64,000 nt of DNA from Craspedostauros australis (lineage: Eukaryota), in the NCBI GenBank assembly GCA_030167865.1, contig JALAGF010001205.1, positions 1 through 64,000 on the forward strand, given 5' to 3'. Under the pieces are notes generated by a model that was not told where the DNA came from, searched no databases, and was given only the letters and a program-made list of their open reading frames with translations. Shown here one piece after another: positions 23,828 to 36,119 of the stretch (position 1 is its first letter; each line of letters starts with the position of its first letter). The translations under genes and the position numbers were made by a program.

Positions 23828-24460
23828 GGTTGCAACGTTGAAAGTTCGTGAGTATGAGTATGTACTCGTGTGAATGACAGAATGCTTGTGGATGGATCCT
23901 TGCGCCCAATCCAACGATAGCGTGCAAAGATTCGCTCAAACGTTGCCGTCGTCGGTACCAACGCCATTGTCATCGCTACAAGAGAGGTTGCCGTCGTCGT
24001 TGTTGGTGCGTTCGTGATGGTCGGCATCTTACGTCATTGTCGTGAATGAAGATACATCCATGACTGAAAATTGATTCCAATGATTCCCGTTTGTTTCTCC
24101 GGGTCCACGAACGTGATAGCTTCTTCAACAACCACACCAACAAAGCCAATCAACGTCTTGACACCCGTCCGATGTCAAGGAAGAACCACCGTCCGATGGA
24201 TCTGGGTCGATCCACCCATCAATCGATGAGTGAGCAAATGGTACGTCCCTCTCTCTGTGTGCGCGAAGTCCCCAACAAGTCACAAACCGTATCCGAGAAA
24301 GCTGATTCAACAGAGCCGGAATTTCAAGTCGCAGCAGAATTACAAACAGTTCCAGCCGTAACGTGATTCATACTCAACTCGACGCAACTCGGCTCAACTC
24401 AACGCAACGCAACGCAACTCGGTTCATTATTCAGCACAACCCACCAGTCGTTGAGCAAAG

Positions 24461-26857
24461 ATGAAGTTTTCTGTAGCCATCACAACAGCCGCGGCCACTG
24501 CCGTCGGTTCCTTCGCGCTGCTGGGATCCACGGACCAGCTGGTGTCGGCGTTTGTACCAGCCGTCCCACAGCAGGCACGATACCGCGCATCCGCTCTCGC
24601 CAGCAGCACGTCGGATGATGCCATCGGCTTTGCCACGGCCGCATCGGCCGAGTTCGAAGCCTTGGGTCTGCCAGCGCGCCCGGGACGTCCTCTGAAGATC
24701 GCCATTGCCGGAGGCGGCGTCGGTGGTCTGACCTCAGCCCTGTGCATGCTCAAGAAGGGATTCGATGTCACGGTTTACGAAAAGACCGCCGCGTTTGCCC
24801 GATTCGGTGGGCCCATCCAGTTCGCCTCCAACGCGCTGTCCGTCCTCAAGGAGATCGACGATGTTCTCTTTGACCGCGTCATGGACAAGTTCACCTTCAC
24901 TGGCACCCGCAGGTGCGGAATCAAGGATGGTGAGTTTCCTCTCACGCCGCGTCGTGTCATGTCGTGTCGTGTCGTGTCGTGTCGTGCCATGGTTTTGGTT
25001 TTGGTTTCATTCCACATGTCATTCTCCGCTTCATTTTTGTTGGGAACGGTCGTTCCCGATCGACCAACTGATCTTATTGCAAGAGTTCATGCGTTGGAGC
25101 ATCAGAAAGCAACTGCTTTCATGCGCAACTCGACATGATAGCTGCTGCTACCACCACAACATCCAAACTTTGGATCAAAACGCAACATACGGTTGCTGAT
25201 GCTGATCTCCTCATCAATTCCTCATCCCGATAACTTCCCTTCACAATCATAACCACTGGCACGTACGTGCGTACCATGCTTTGAACTCTTTGCTTCATCA
25301 TACGATATGCTACATGCATCGCATGACTTACAGGACTTCGCGCCGATGGAACCTTCGCAATGACCGAGGATTCGCTGGATTATCTTTGGAACGCCGACGC
25401 TCCGGCCGATTGGTTCATTAAATTCCCACTCAAGGAATGCGCCGACCTCTACGGATTGCCGTACACCGGTGTTATCGACCGTCCCGATCTGCAGGAGATC
25501 CTCATCGACGAATGCAAGAAAATCAAGCCGGACTTCATCTCCAACGGCAACCCCGTCGTCAGCTACGAAGATCTGGGCAAGGGCAACGGTGTCAACGTGG
25601 AGCTCGCCGATGGCACCATCGTGGATGCCGATATCCTCGTCGGTTCCGACGGCATCTGGTCCGCCGTGCGCAACCAAATGTACAACGAAGGTGGCATCAA
25701 GTCTACCAGCGCCGACGGCAAGAAGCGTCAGGGATGCAACTACTCCGGATACACCGTCTTCGCTGGCGAGACCATCCTGAAGTGCAACGATTACTACGAG
25801 ACGGGATACAAGGTCTACATCGGACCCCAACGATACTTCGTCACATCCGATGTCGGCAACGGCCGAATCCAATGGTACGCCTTCTTCGCTCTGCCGCCTG
25901 GCACCAAGAAGGCGCCAAGCGGTTGGGGAGGATCTGCCCGCGATGAGCAGGCCGACCCCGGGGAGAACCTCGTAACTTACATCAAGTCCCTGCACGAAGG
26001 CTGGTCCGACGAGGTCATGGCCGTTCTCGATGCCACGCCACCGGAAGCAGTCGAACAGCGCGATCTCTACGACCGCTCGCCCGAGTTCTTCCGGAGCTGG
26101 GCCGACGGAAACGTCGTCCTCGTCGGCGATGCCGTGCATCCCATGATGCCCAACCTTGGACAGGGCGGATGCCAGGCCATCGAAGATGGCTACATCCTCT
26201 CCGAGATGCTTTCCAACGTCAAGACCACCGAAAAGGTGGAGGGTACCCTGCAGCAGTTCTACCGCAAGCGCATCCTGCGTGTCAGCGCCATTCAATTCCT
26301 CAGCCGATTGGCCAGCGACCTCATCATCAACGCCTTCGATACGCCATGGAGTCCGCATGACAATTTGGGCAAATCGTGGAAGAGCTACCTCACATTCTTC
26401 TGGAAGGTACGTACCAGGAGTGCTGTTGCGAATTGAGCATGTGCGGATGATAGTGTTTGTCACGAAACAACTGCATCGCTGCCATGCATTGCGATTCTTT
26501 CCATGCTGGCTCCTCATTCCTCACCCCCAACACCCTCTGTTGCCTCCATTGCACCCCATGGTCGTCCGCAATACTTTTCTCTGCTGTTTCGTACCATGCG
26601 CAATTTGATGTTCACAGCCAGTGTTGCAATACGCCATCTTCCCAGCACAATTCGCATTCCTGTATTCCTACTACCCGTCTGGAGACATCCGTGACATCTC
26701 CAAGGCCCTCGTCGATAGATGGGTCGACAGACATCGTGAGGATGCGGAGGAAGTCTTTGCCAAGGCAGAGGATGGCTACGTCTTCGAGTCCGGGCCGTCC
26801 TTCTTCCAAAAGGCCGAGACAACCACGGCACTCACCGCCAAGAAGGAAGACAAATAG
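24461..26857 (+). CDS. ZEP: Zeaxanthin epoxidase (diatom type, no FHA domain), plastid presequence
   Basis: Exons 24461-24929, 25334-26406 and 26618-26857 with canonical in-phase GT-AG junctions. IAGGGVGGL, GGPIQFASNAL, GSDGIWSAVR, GDAVHPMMPNLGQGGCQAIEDG; VSAFVP cleavage-type motif. Confidence 0.95.
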
Positions 26858-27152
26858 ACTCGACAAACGCAGTTGGGTCCATGCATACGAGCGTGCCGCA
26901 GTAAGAGTATGGGGTAACATCATACTATACCAGAGTGCCTTGACAGAACATTTGATTAAATACTATGTAATATGCTGTGCACAAGTCGCGTTGTGCGAGA
27001 AGTAGGACCTTGGACGTATTCTGCCCATGGAGTTGTCTGCACGGTATTGTTGTGCCCGGATGGATGCAATGCATCACAACGCAACTCAACGCAGTCTGTA
27101 ACTCTCTTAGCCTGCCCACCTCCCTGTCCGTATTGCACCCGCCCACCGCAAC

Positions 27153-28622
27153 TCAAACGCTTCGTTTCATGGTTCCGTCCCGAATCTGCGCCATGATCCT
27201 CAAATCCTCCTCGTTCAACGTCCCGGACCTGGTGACATCCAACCGATCAAATTGGCCATGCAACTCATCAAGCTCTGCCTGCGTGACCAACCCCATCTCC
27301 ATGAGCATGAACTGCACGTACTCTTCACGATCCACCAATCCATCTTCATTCGTGTCCATGGAATTGAGATGATCCATCGTCAGGCCGTCCGACAGTTGCT
27401 CGCGGAACAGGCGCTTCTGACGCCCCGCCACGAGCGAAAGCCCGATGCTGGCCAGGATCTCACCGGCCGATGCGACCGCCATGGGGATGAAGAAGATGGC
27501 TGCGATTCGGCCTTCTCGGGTTTGGGGTGCGAAGTCGCCAAATCCGATAGTCGATGCCGTGATGAGGCCGTAGTAGATGGAATCCATGACAGACCAGCCC
27601 TCTAGCAGACCAATGATGGTGCCACCACCCGCAACGACGATCAAAGATGATCCGACGAGGCGGATGGCCTTGCGGATGCTTGCGAAAGGCCTGGGCTTCG
27701 ATAATGCATCGTCATCGTCACCGCAATCGTCACCGATGACGTTGCTGACTTTCATTTGCCCGACACCACTTTCGCTTGCTCCTGTACCTTGCGCCATCTC
27801 AGAAAGGACATCCTCCACCTCATGCGAATCGCCACCGTTGGTCGTATCATGCTTGAATGCTTTCGTGATGTCCGGCATCTTTTCGTACAATCCCAGGATG
27901 CGCTTTCGTCCCTGTTGTTTGGCAACCTTCAGAGCGTCATTCTCAATCTCATTCAGCTTGGAACCAATCGCCGCCACGGCCGCACCCAGCAAGGCGATGC
28001 CGGCGAATCCAAACCCGCACGTGAAGATCTTGGACAGCCAGGACGAGGACGGCCATACATCGCCATACCCCACCGTTGAGAAGCAGACACAAGTGAAGTA
28101 CAGGGCATCCACGACGGACCAGGACTCCAGCACCCGGTGGTACGCGATGACGCCGACGATCATGTAGAGCACCAGCCCAACGAGGCCTTCCTTGAATTGC
28201 ATCGAAGCGGCATTATCTTCAGCGTCGGTTGTCGGTAGACTGCCATCGGCATTTGCACGTGCCAGAATGACGCGGCGCAGATCCGGAAATGGGATGGTCA
28301 CTACGTAGGCCGTGTTGAAGAGGAACCGCCGCAGCAAACGTCTTCCGAAACGCCAACCTTTCGAGGCCAATCTGGAAGGGGCGGATCCTGGTTCTGAATC
28401 ATCGTTTGCAGCGGCTCGGTGCACGAGCGGAGCGGCCATCCGCGTGAGGAAGTCATCATCGTGATGATGTTCTGCCGGTGCGTCCAATCGCTGCGGGAAC
28501 AGTGGGCTGCGTACAATCGCTCCATGCGAGCTCAGCGGAGTTTGGAATGCCGAAGATGGCACCGCAGCAAGGAGAGTGAGGAATGCGAGCTGTAGATATA
28601 AATGAACGGTATGTCCCATCAT
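27153..28622 (-). CDS. Two-pore (TPK/KCO-like) potassium channel with two C-terminal EF hands and a signal-peptide/plastid-type presequence
   Basis: Pore loops STVGYGD and STIGFGD, four TM helices, EF hands DTNEDGLVDREEY and DVTRSGTLNEEDL. N-terminus LAFLTLLAAVPSSA-FQTP; likely start MMGH at 28622. Confidence 0.9.
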   Translation of the reverse strand: MMGHTVHLYLQLAFLTLLAAVPSSAFQTPLSSHGAIVRSPLFPQRLDAPAEHHHDDDFLTRMAAPLVHRAAANDDSEPGSAPSRLASKGWRFGRRLLRRFLFNTAYVVTIPFPDLRRVILARANADGSLPTTDAEDNAASMQFKEGLVGLVLYMIVGVIAYHRVLESWSVVDALYFTCVCFSTVGYGDVWPSSSWLSKIFTCGFGFAGIALLGAAVAAIGSKLNEIENDALKVAKQQGRKRILGLYEKMPDITKAFKHDTTNGGDSHEVEDVLSEMAQGTGASESGVGQMKVSNVIGDDCGDDDDALSKPRPFASIRKAIRLVGSSLIVVAGGGTIIGLLEGWSVMDSIYYGLITASTIGFGDFAPQTREGRIAAIFFIPMAVASAGEILASIGLSLVAGRQKRLFREQLSDGLTMDHLNSMDTNEDGLVDREEYVQFMLMEMGLVTQAELDELHGQFDRLDVTRSGTLNEEDLRIMAQIRDGTMKRSV

Positions 28623-29039
28623 GTATACTTGGTCATCATCGACTTTGGATTTATTGGTTGTTCTGTTGGCTGATGTGTTGATTGATTGGCGATCCGCGGA
28701 TGCCATCGGTGTCAACAATACCATGTGGTAGTTGCGACAAACATATGAAAACATATTATGTTGAAAACATTACCTTGATAATCATAAATCCGTATCAAGG
28801 CAACATATTTATTAATTAACGCAACCCCCAAATCCAAACAACCTCCAATCTGCCGCCAGATCTTGTGGTTCGAAGCCGTTCCTCCATTCATTCTCCCCAC
28901 GCCGCACAGTCAAGGAACAATCAACGTCGAGTAGATCGTAGGTCGCACATAGTTCACACATGCAAGCACGAGCAATGGATCAATAACACTTCCAACAAAA
29001 CACGCCGCTGCATTAGGACTCACATTTACAATTAGGACC

Positions 29040-30485
29040 ATGGCAGAAGAGATCGAGCTGAACTTTCGTCTGGATCGCGAAGGCAGGACAGCTCTCGGCT
29101 GCGAGACCGCGAGTACGAATACAAGTACAGCTGCCGATGACAAATCCAAACCAGCACCAACACTGAAATACGAACCCAAGACTGTGCTCACGGAATTAGC
29201 ACTCGATAAATACTCGCACGATGATGCCGATGGTCAACCATCACTCATGGACGACCTCCTGTTCGATGCAGAGATCGCCGATTCTGGCCTGATGCCGAGG
29301 ACGTTCTGGATGTCGGCAAATCCACAATCCAAGCCACGATTTACTATGGAACGGTACGCGCTGGATGTCTTCCATCACCACGTACCGAAGGGTTGTCTCT
29401 ACGATCCAGACAAGTCAGGTGCCGAATGGTGGGTGCAGATCCGACCCTCGCCGGAAAAGATCGGCCGGTACGCTATGCATGCTTCAGGCGATAACGATAC
29501 GAACAAGACTGATGGTAATGATGCTGCTGCGGACAAGGACATCGCGAAGACAGGCATATCGTTTCATTGGGACAAAGACGAGGACCTTCGTCTGCTCACC
29601 GGCGGCACGCTCTATATCCACCCTCATCTCAGCACCGTCACGTATTTGACCGATCTTGGCTGTCCCACAGTTGCGATGAACTGCAGGGTCAACAACTTCA
29701 CGGGAGATTGGATCCCACCCTCACATGCCAAGAGCTGTTGGAGTTGGCCGAAACGGGGCAAGCATCTGTCATTCGATGGTCGGTACTTGCATGCCGCGCT
29801 GCCCGATGTTATGAAACCAAAGCAATTTGAGCATCAATGTGCTTTCGTTCCATCCGTGGATGCCTTGCACGACAAAAAGATGAAGCGACGGCATCGCCGC
29901 GTTACCTTCTTGGTCAACATCTGGCTCAATTATATCCCCTACGATGTCAAACCGTTCCCGCATCTCATGGTCACCAAGATGAGCGGCCACGAACAAGGCG
30001 CAGCGAAGCGGCTGGGGTTTGTGGATGCCTTGAATCCAGCAGACGATGCCGAAATCCCCGTTCATGGCAAACCAACAACCGTCGAGATGCCAGCGGATCA
30101 ATCGATGGAGGCAGATGATGATACTGCAAATCAGACAAGTAGTCGCACATGGCCAATGGGGGATTCCAACTCGTCGGAATTCATTCGAATGTGCATACCC
30201 ATCCAAACAATCCAGGGAGGTTCCGGAAGGGGCGCCGACGTCCAGGTGAATTGGCAGGCACCAACGGATGATACTTTCCATCTCTTCAAACAGGAGGCTG
30301 GCCAAAAGAGATCGGCCGCAGAATCATCGGAGGAGAATGGCGATACGGGTACTGTGGACACTGCACCTCCTCCTGCTGGTGATCCTATTGTTTCAACCAA
30401 CAATGCAACTTCTGACAGCACAAAAGGCAATGCCACCCAGGATAAGGACCAAGAGGCAAGCAACAAGAAACAAAGACAAATGTGA
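29040..30485 (+). CDS. Hypothetical protein with 2OG-Fe(II) oxygenase-like motifs
   Basis: 481-aa ORF; GAEWWVQ, FHWDKDE (HxD), STVTYLT, SFDGRYLHA (distal His), RVTFLVNIW (2OG-binding Arg position). Confidence 0.7.
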   Translation: MAEEIELNFRLDREGRTALGCETASTNTSTAADDKSKPAPTLKYEPKTVLTELALDKYSHDDADGQPSLMDDLLFDAEIADSGLMPRTFWMSANPQSKPRFTMERYALDVFHHHVPKGCLYDPDKSGAEWWVQIRPSPEKIGRYAMHASGDNDTNKTDGNDAAADKDIAKTGISFHWDKDEDLRLLTGGTLYIHPHLSTVTYLTDLGCPTVAMNCRVNNFTGDWIPPSHAKSCWSWPKRGKHLSFDGRYLHAALPDVMKPKQFEHQCAFVPSVDALHDKKMKRRHRRVTFLVNIWLNYIPYDVKPFPHLMVTKMSGHEQGAAKRLGFVDALNPADDAEIPVHGKPTTVEMPADQSMEADDDTANQTSSRTWPMGDSNSSEFIRMCIPIQTIQGGSGRGADVQVNWQAPTDDTFHLFKQEAGQKRSAAESSEENGDTGTVDTAPPPAGDPIVSTNNATSDSTKGNATQDKDQEASNKKQRQM

Positions 30486-30574
30486 CTAGACTCTAGATAT
30501 TAGCTACAGCATATAAAGGCTATGATGATCTAGTCTCGACTGGCTATCTAGCGGTATTGAGAATAGCGTTGCAG

Positions 30575-31036
30575 CTATGGCTTCCTCGCAGCTTGCGACG
30601 ATCGAAAGAGGCTGTACAGGACCGAGATTCCGCATACAGCCGTCTCGATGATCATGGCGTTGCCGTCTTTCGACAGAATTGCTAGTGATGGGTCCAAGAC
30701 TGCCATTGCAATGTTCGTGATCAAGAATGCCGAGGCTGCCACAGCTCCTGGGACCCATTCCTCGGCCGTGATGATCCGCTGCTTGATGCTGATTGCTGCC
30801 AATGCCGACAGCAACAGAAATGTCGTGGAAAACATCACGTCATGGCCGATCACGGACCCGCTCAGAAAAACCAAGCCAAAGGCATCGTCGTTGTATGCAT
30901 CCGTCGTCTCGTCGTCGATCGGATTCTTCTCGAACAACGTCATCAGCGATGGCGCTGCCCGTGGATCCACGGCGTAGTGTGCAACATGCCGTGCACCGGA
31001 ATGCGCCACAAAGGCGACGATGCTGTCTCGAAGCAT
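30575..31036 (-). CDS. Small hypothetical membrane protein (3-4 hydrophobic helices)
   Basis: 153-aa ORF with coding-like composition; hydrophobic segments AFGLVFLSG, FLLLSALAAISI, VPGAVAASAFLI, AVCGISVLYSLF. Confidence 0.6.
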   Translation of the reverse strand: MLRDSIVAFVAHSGARHVAHYAVDPRAAPSLMTLFEKNPIDDETTDAYNDDAFGLVFLSGSVIGHDVMFSTTFLLLSALAAISIKQRIITAEEWVPGAVAASAFLITNIAMAVLDPSLAILSKDGNAMIIETAVCGISVLYSLFRSSQAARKP

Positions 31037-31384
31037 GGGTCAATCGTCTTGTTTGAATCGGAATACGGGGAGTGGGAGCGGGAGGAGTTCCACACGTGCG
31101 TCATGGTTGGTCGAGAATCGGACGGAAGTCAAGATCAATTCTTCGCTTCGCAACGCTTCACACCTCTAACTTTGTGATACTACAGGGATGCACAAATTTC
31201 AGGATGATGGACTCCTGATCATCTGATAACCTGCGAGTATTGAATAGTAGGGCAGGGAAGGTATTCTAACGAATCGGCAGTCATCAAGCATCCCAAGTAT
31301 TGCACGCGTTGTAAGCATCCGAGTGGAAGAAAGCTGGACTCTAGGCACGTCCCTACCCGAATCGCATCGCTATGTTATGACAAG

Positions 31385-34300
31385 TTATGGCTCCGGCATG
31401 TCGTTCAAGAGATCCAACAACTTGCATGCTGCAGTTGCCAGCCGATCGTCTCTGCTCGTAGCACCGTTCGAGGCACACGGTTGTTGCGATGTCAACTGCG
31501 ATGTTGGACTTCTATCCAAGTTCTCCACCTTCGCCGTCTGGACCATCTGCACCTTCGTATTGTCTTCCATCTCCATCCGCACAACGTGGAATGGAGAGGG
31601 TGGCAAACCACGACCGCTGAGATGAAACAACGGCCGGAGGAGGCAGCTGCTGTCCAGCTCCAACATACGCTTCAGAATGTCAAATGCGATCTCCGCAAGC
31701 TTTGGTTGCTGATCGGCGCCCAGGAATGGAAACAATAAATGGCTTGCATGCGCAATCAAATCGACCAATCCTTCTCCGCATCCATTCGCACAAAAGACGC
31801 CGTGCATGCTTTGCAGAATGGAGGTGATGAGATTCAGCTCGGAGTCCTCCATCGCCGTCGTACTTTTCCGTGCCTCGGACGGCCGTGTTCGTTCGCCCTT
31901 GCCGACCATCGACAGGACATTGTGAGATGGAATCGTTGGAGGCGTTGCCTCGTCCTCAATCCCGCCCACATTGGCGATGCGATCTATCATCTGTCCCAGC
32001 AACTTGGCCATGACCGGCCACACATCGGTGCGGAATCTTCTCACGAAGAATTCACCACTACTCTGGGCGAAGAATCCGATCAGCTCGAAGAGCCTGGCGA
32101 GAAACCATCGGCGGGATGGAATGTCATCGACATCCGTTGAGGAAGATGTCGCGATGATGGATGTCATGAATCCCTTGGCAAATGCAGTAGATCCATGCAA
32201 CAAAACCGTGTCCGACGTTGTGACGAATCGTGCCCGGAATGTGTGCCAAACATCCGCGACCTGTCGGAGGATTGAGTTTTGCAACGGCGTGTATCCCTCA
32301 CCGCTGCCTTCCTTCTCCTTGTCGTATTGAATCTGTTTGGCGCCGATCAAGGCGAGGAACCGGAATGCAGTGATCAGGACGTTGGTGCTTGAAATCTGGA
32401 CCTTCAACGTTGGCATGGAGAGGCAGTATCCGGCCCTTGCAATGATCGTTGTCAACACATCTACGGCCTGCTGTAAGGTATCGGCATCGACCTTCGGCTC
32501 GGGCAGGGAATCAGATAAATTGCTGCTGGTGTTGCTGCTGATGCTGAGATGATTTCCATTACCATCATCTGTGTTTTGTGCGTTGTCAGTGTCGAACACT
32601 TCAATTTGAGGATCGATGAGAAATGGATCCAGGAGTTTCTTCCATTCTTTTCTTGGCATCTCCGATGTTGCAGCTGCTGATGCCTTCGTAGTCCCATCGT
32701 CGTACGAGAACGATTTTTCCAAATCCGGAGAGCGGTAGGAACGATGGATGAACTTGACAATGTCTTCGACCGCGTCAACAAAGATCCGGACAGTGTCGTA
32801 CGACAATTCGTTGCGTGCCATCAACGGATCGACATGCTCGATGAGCACGGACGAAAAATCCACGAGACGCGTGACATAGTGATCCCATCCGGATGCTTCA
32901 AAATTGCTCGACGCCATAGAGGTCACCAAAAGAGATCGTGTCGTCAAAAGGATAGCATTGAGGCCTTCCTCTTGCGAGCGCCGTCCGTCGCTTCCGAACA
33001 ACGACGAGGCGCTGATTTGTTGCTTCAGATGGCTCAGAATGTTGTCGAATCGATTCACAATGAAGTCGGCAATAGACGCATGGCCCGACGCTGCGCATAT
33101 TGCTTCACTGCTCGTGATCGCAACTGCCCGAATCGATGGAGGGTTGCAGGATGCAGCTTTTGCCAGTATCAAATATTGCAATGGCAGGACATTGCACACG
33201 TGGATGGGTTCATACCTGCTTCCTCCGTCGCTTTCTTGTTGCTGTGGTTGTTGCTTCTGTTCTTCCTCCTCTCCAAAACAGCAAATGGTCTCACACAAAT
33301 GGATCAGCTGTTGCATCAACGAAATGTTTGCGTCCATGATCGCCGGCGACACAGAGGCAGATGTCAGTTGTGTTGGATTGTGGGAGACATCTGGGGTCAC
33401 TTGTATCGAGTTGAATGGAATCGTCCATATGTCCAATCCCACGAGCACCGGCATGATGGACGGGATCAATGCCTTCAACATCTTCCGCCGTCTTGCACTC
33501 TTCTTGCTGCTACCATCGTTGGTTTGACCGTTGTTGCTGTTGCAATTGCCGCCGGTGGTGCGTTCGTTTGCTGTCGTGGGATGGGCCTGATCTTCCGTCG
33601 CGAATGCACCCAAAAGAAGATGCCGGGCTACGCACAGATATCCAATAATACCTTCGATCCATGCAACCTGCGACGTGCCATGAAAGTTGTCTGGATGCTG
33701 CTGCCTCCGCTGTGCATATTCTGAGCAGAAGTCAGCGATGCATGCGTCCACCACGATTGCAGCCAACTTGACGCCCAGCGCTTTGCCGTACGCACGCAAC
33801 ATCGCTGACAGCTGAGAGGAACATGCGTCATCCAATTTCCGAAAGCCTTGGTGTAAGTTGTACCTTCCGTGGATTCGCACCTCTTGACGCAAAGTGTTTT
33901 CATCCAACGCATTCACGGTCTCCAGGTTGGGGATTGCTATCCGGACGAGCGACTTGATGGTGGCATTGGAGGATGCGATGGTCTTGAATTTCTTTTGTGC
34001 TGTGCCTGTCACATATACAAGGTACGATGAAAGCGTCACGAGCTGAGCGTGCACGTCTCCGAGCCTCCCTCTTTCGATACTGGTCGGCAGTCCCGAGATC
34101 TGGTCATAGATCCTTGTTGCAAGCCGCTCGCTTTCCTGCCTATCCAGCGATGATTGATACGCGAGGAAGACGCCCAAAGCTGATTGCGCAACTTCTGCCA
34201 CAGTGTCCTTCGTGAGCATCAGCGAGGTTTCGATCAAGAGATCGAAAAGGGTCGACTCTTTCCACACCATCCTTGTCGTGAGTAGGACGTAGTTGATTAC

Positions 34301-35604
34301 TTGGAGAGTCTGCAAACGTACCGGGACGGCTCGGCAAGTGGCGCTCGTCACGACGATATGCCTCAGCGGGCTCACGACGAACGAATTGATCCTTGTGACG
34401 AAATCAGTTCCTTCGCCTTCACCGTCGGTCTCATTCCGAACGTTGGAGTTGCTGTTACGTTTGACCGCCAATCTGCTGAGGGCATTCAGTTGCCGTTCCC
34501 ACGATGAGCTCATCGATGCGGTTGTTGGATATGCGTCATCTATCGGTTGGCGCATTGATGACTCAAATAGCAGAATGATGATCTCTAGGGTATCTGCATG
34601 CAGATCGCCTATCTCTTTCGTCACCGTGAGCTGTTGGCATGCCTTGATCAAGCGATATTGCGCTGTGAATACGCCTGGAAATATTTGCTGCCAAAATGTG
34701 CGGGCTTGTTGTTTGATCTGGAGCAAGCACTTCAAACACCGTATCGCCTCGGAGTTCAACTGAACACTCAGCTTGCGTCTTTGTTGTTGTAGTTTCTGTT
34801 GCTGCTCCTGTTGATCACCTGCGTCCTTTGAGATGATGGAGGAGCATACGTCAACTAATCGAATCATAATGGAGTCCTCGAATTCCTTTTGTTCGGCATC
34901 GCCGTTGATTTGGGGGTGGATTGAGGTATCATCGGTGCCGGTTCGAAGAGCAACCATGGACGACGACGCAACTGCTCGCAGCACAGCGCACAATGCCGTT
35001 GTCCCGCGGTTGAGCGATGCACCTTCATCTTGCCGCCGTTGCTGTTGTTGCCGATGATTTGATTGCGCTTGTGCATCTGTCCGATTGTGTCCGGGCTTGC
35101 CACTCGCTGGGTGCTCCATCAACCAATCTGATAGTATCAACGTCAAGGAGGTTTGCAACTTGAGGCACTGTTCCTTCGATAACGGCTTGTTGGAGCCTTT
35201 GTCATTTGTGGTCTTCTTAGTCGCGTGCTGCGAAGATCCGCACAGCGATATGAATGCGTTGATCGCATTTGAAGTTGCCTCCACGACGTCCAGAGCCTTG
35301 CTGGACCGCACGACTTCTCTGTGCGATGGCTTCGATTTGTTGGATGGCAACACCAAGTGAGGCCATGCTGAATGCACGATCATCAATATTGCGTTCAACG
35401 GGAGGCAGACGATCGGGGACATGACGACCAAGTCAGCCACGATGGTTCCATTGTGGTGGCCGTTGGATGCAAGATCGATGGACGCAAATGCGCCATTCAG
35501 CGTTTTCAGACATGCCTTCACCGAGTCCAACAACTCATGCAGAGTGTTTTCCGATCTTTCGTCCTGGATTGTGTTGCGATCCTCCGGTGGGGGCCGCGAA
35601 GTGG

Positions 35605-35635
<31 letters not shown>

Positions 35636-35761
35636 AATTCCAGTCCGGGCGCTCTGGAAGACCTGGGTCTCCACGTGAATTTTGAGTTTGGAGACAGCCT
35701 GCAGCAACTGCCGCAGCACCAGATCCAATGGCACCGTAACCTCATTGTGTTGGGCAGCCAT
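31385..35761 (-). CDS. TTI1: TELO2-interacting protein 1 (TTI1)-like HEAT-repeat protein
   Basis: ~1458-aa helical-repeat ORF starting MAAQHNEV. TTI1-like segments IFPGVFTAQYRLI, LRQVADVWHTFRARF, SGEFFVRRFRTDVWP and FLGADQQPKL, recognised from memory. Confidence 0.7.
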
Positions 35762-36119
35762 TTGATCCTTTGCAACAAGATGCGCGGAAATATGGAGATG
35801 AAGGGCGATGGGATGGATTTCGCAACACAGCAATGGTCTTGATCGTGTGGGGTATGCGATGTATCGTACCCGCACTCGTACCGTCACGCTGCCTGTTTCG
35901 AAAGTTGTGTTTCGGTTTTGGCGCGAACTGGGAGCTGTGTGTAAAATTACAATTAATAGCTGTATTAATAGAAGATTATTCCTTGATTTTATAATTTCTC
36001 CTTTACACGCAAGTACTCGTCAACATGAATCTAGAGAGGGGTTGCCTCATCTCAGTCTGATCTCTTCGCTCCGCTCGAGCTGCCATCATTGTGGCGAGTC
36101 TTCTCCCCCTGTATACAGT

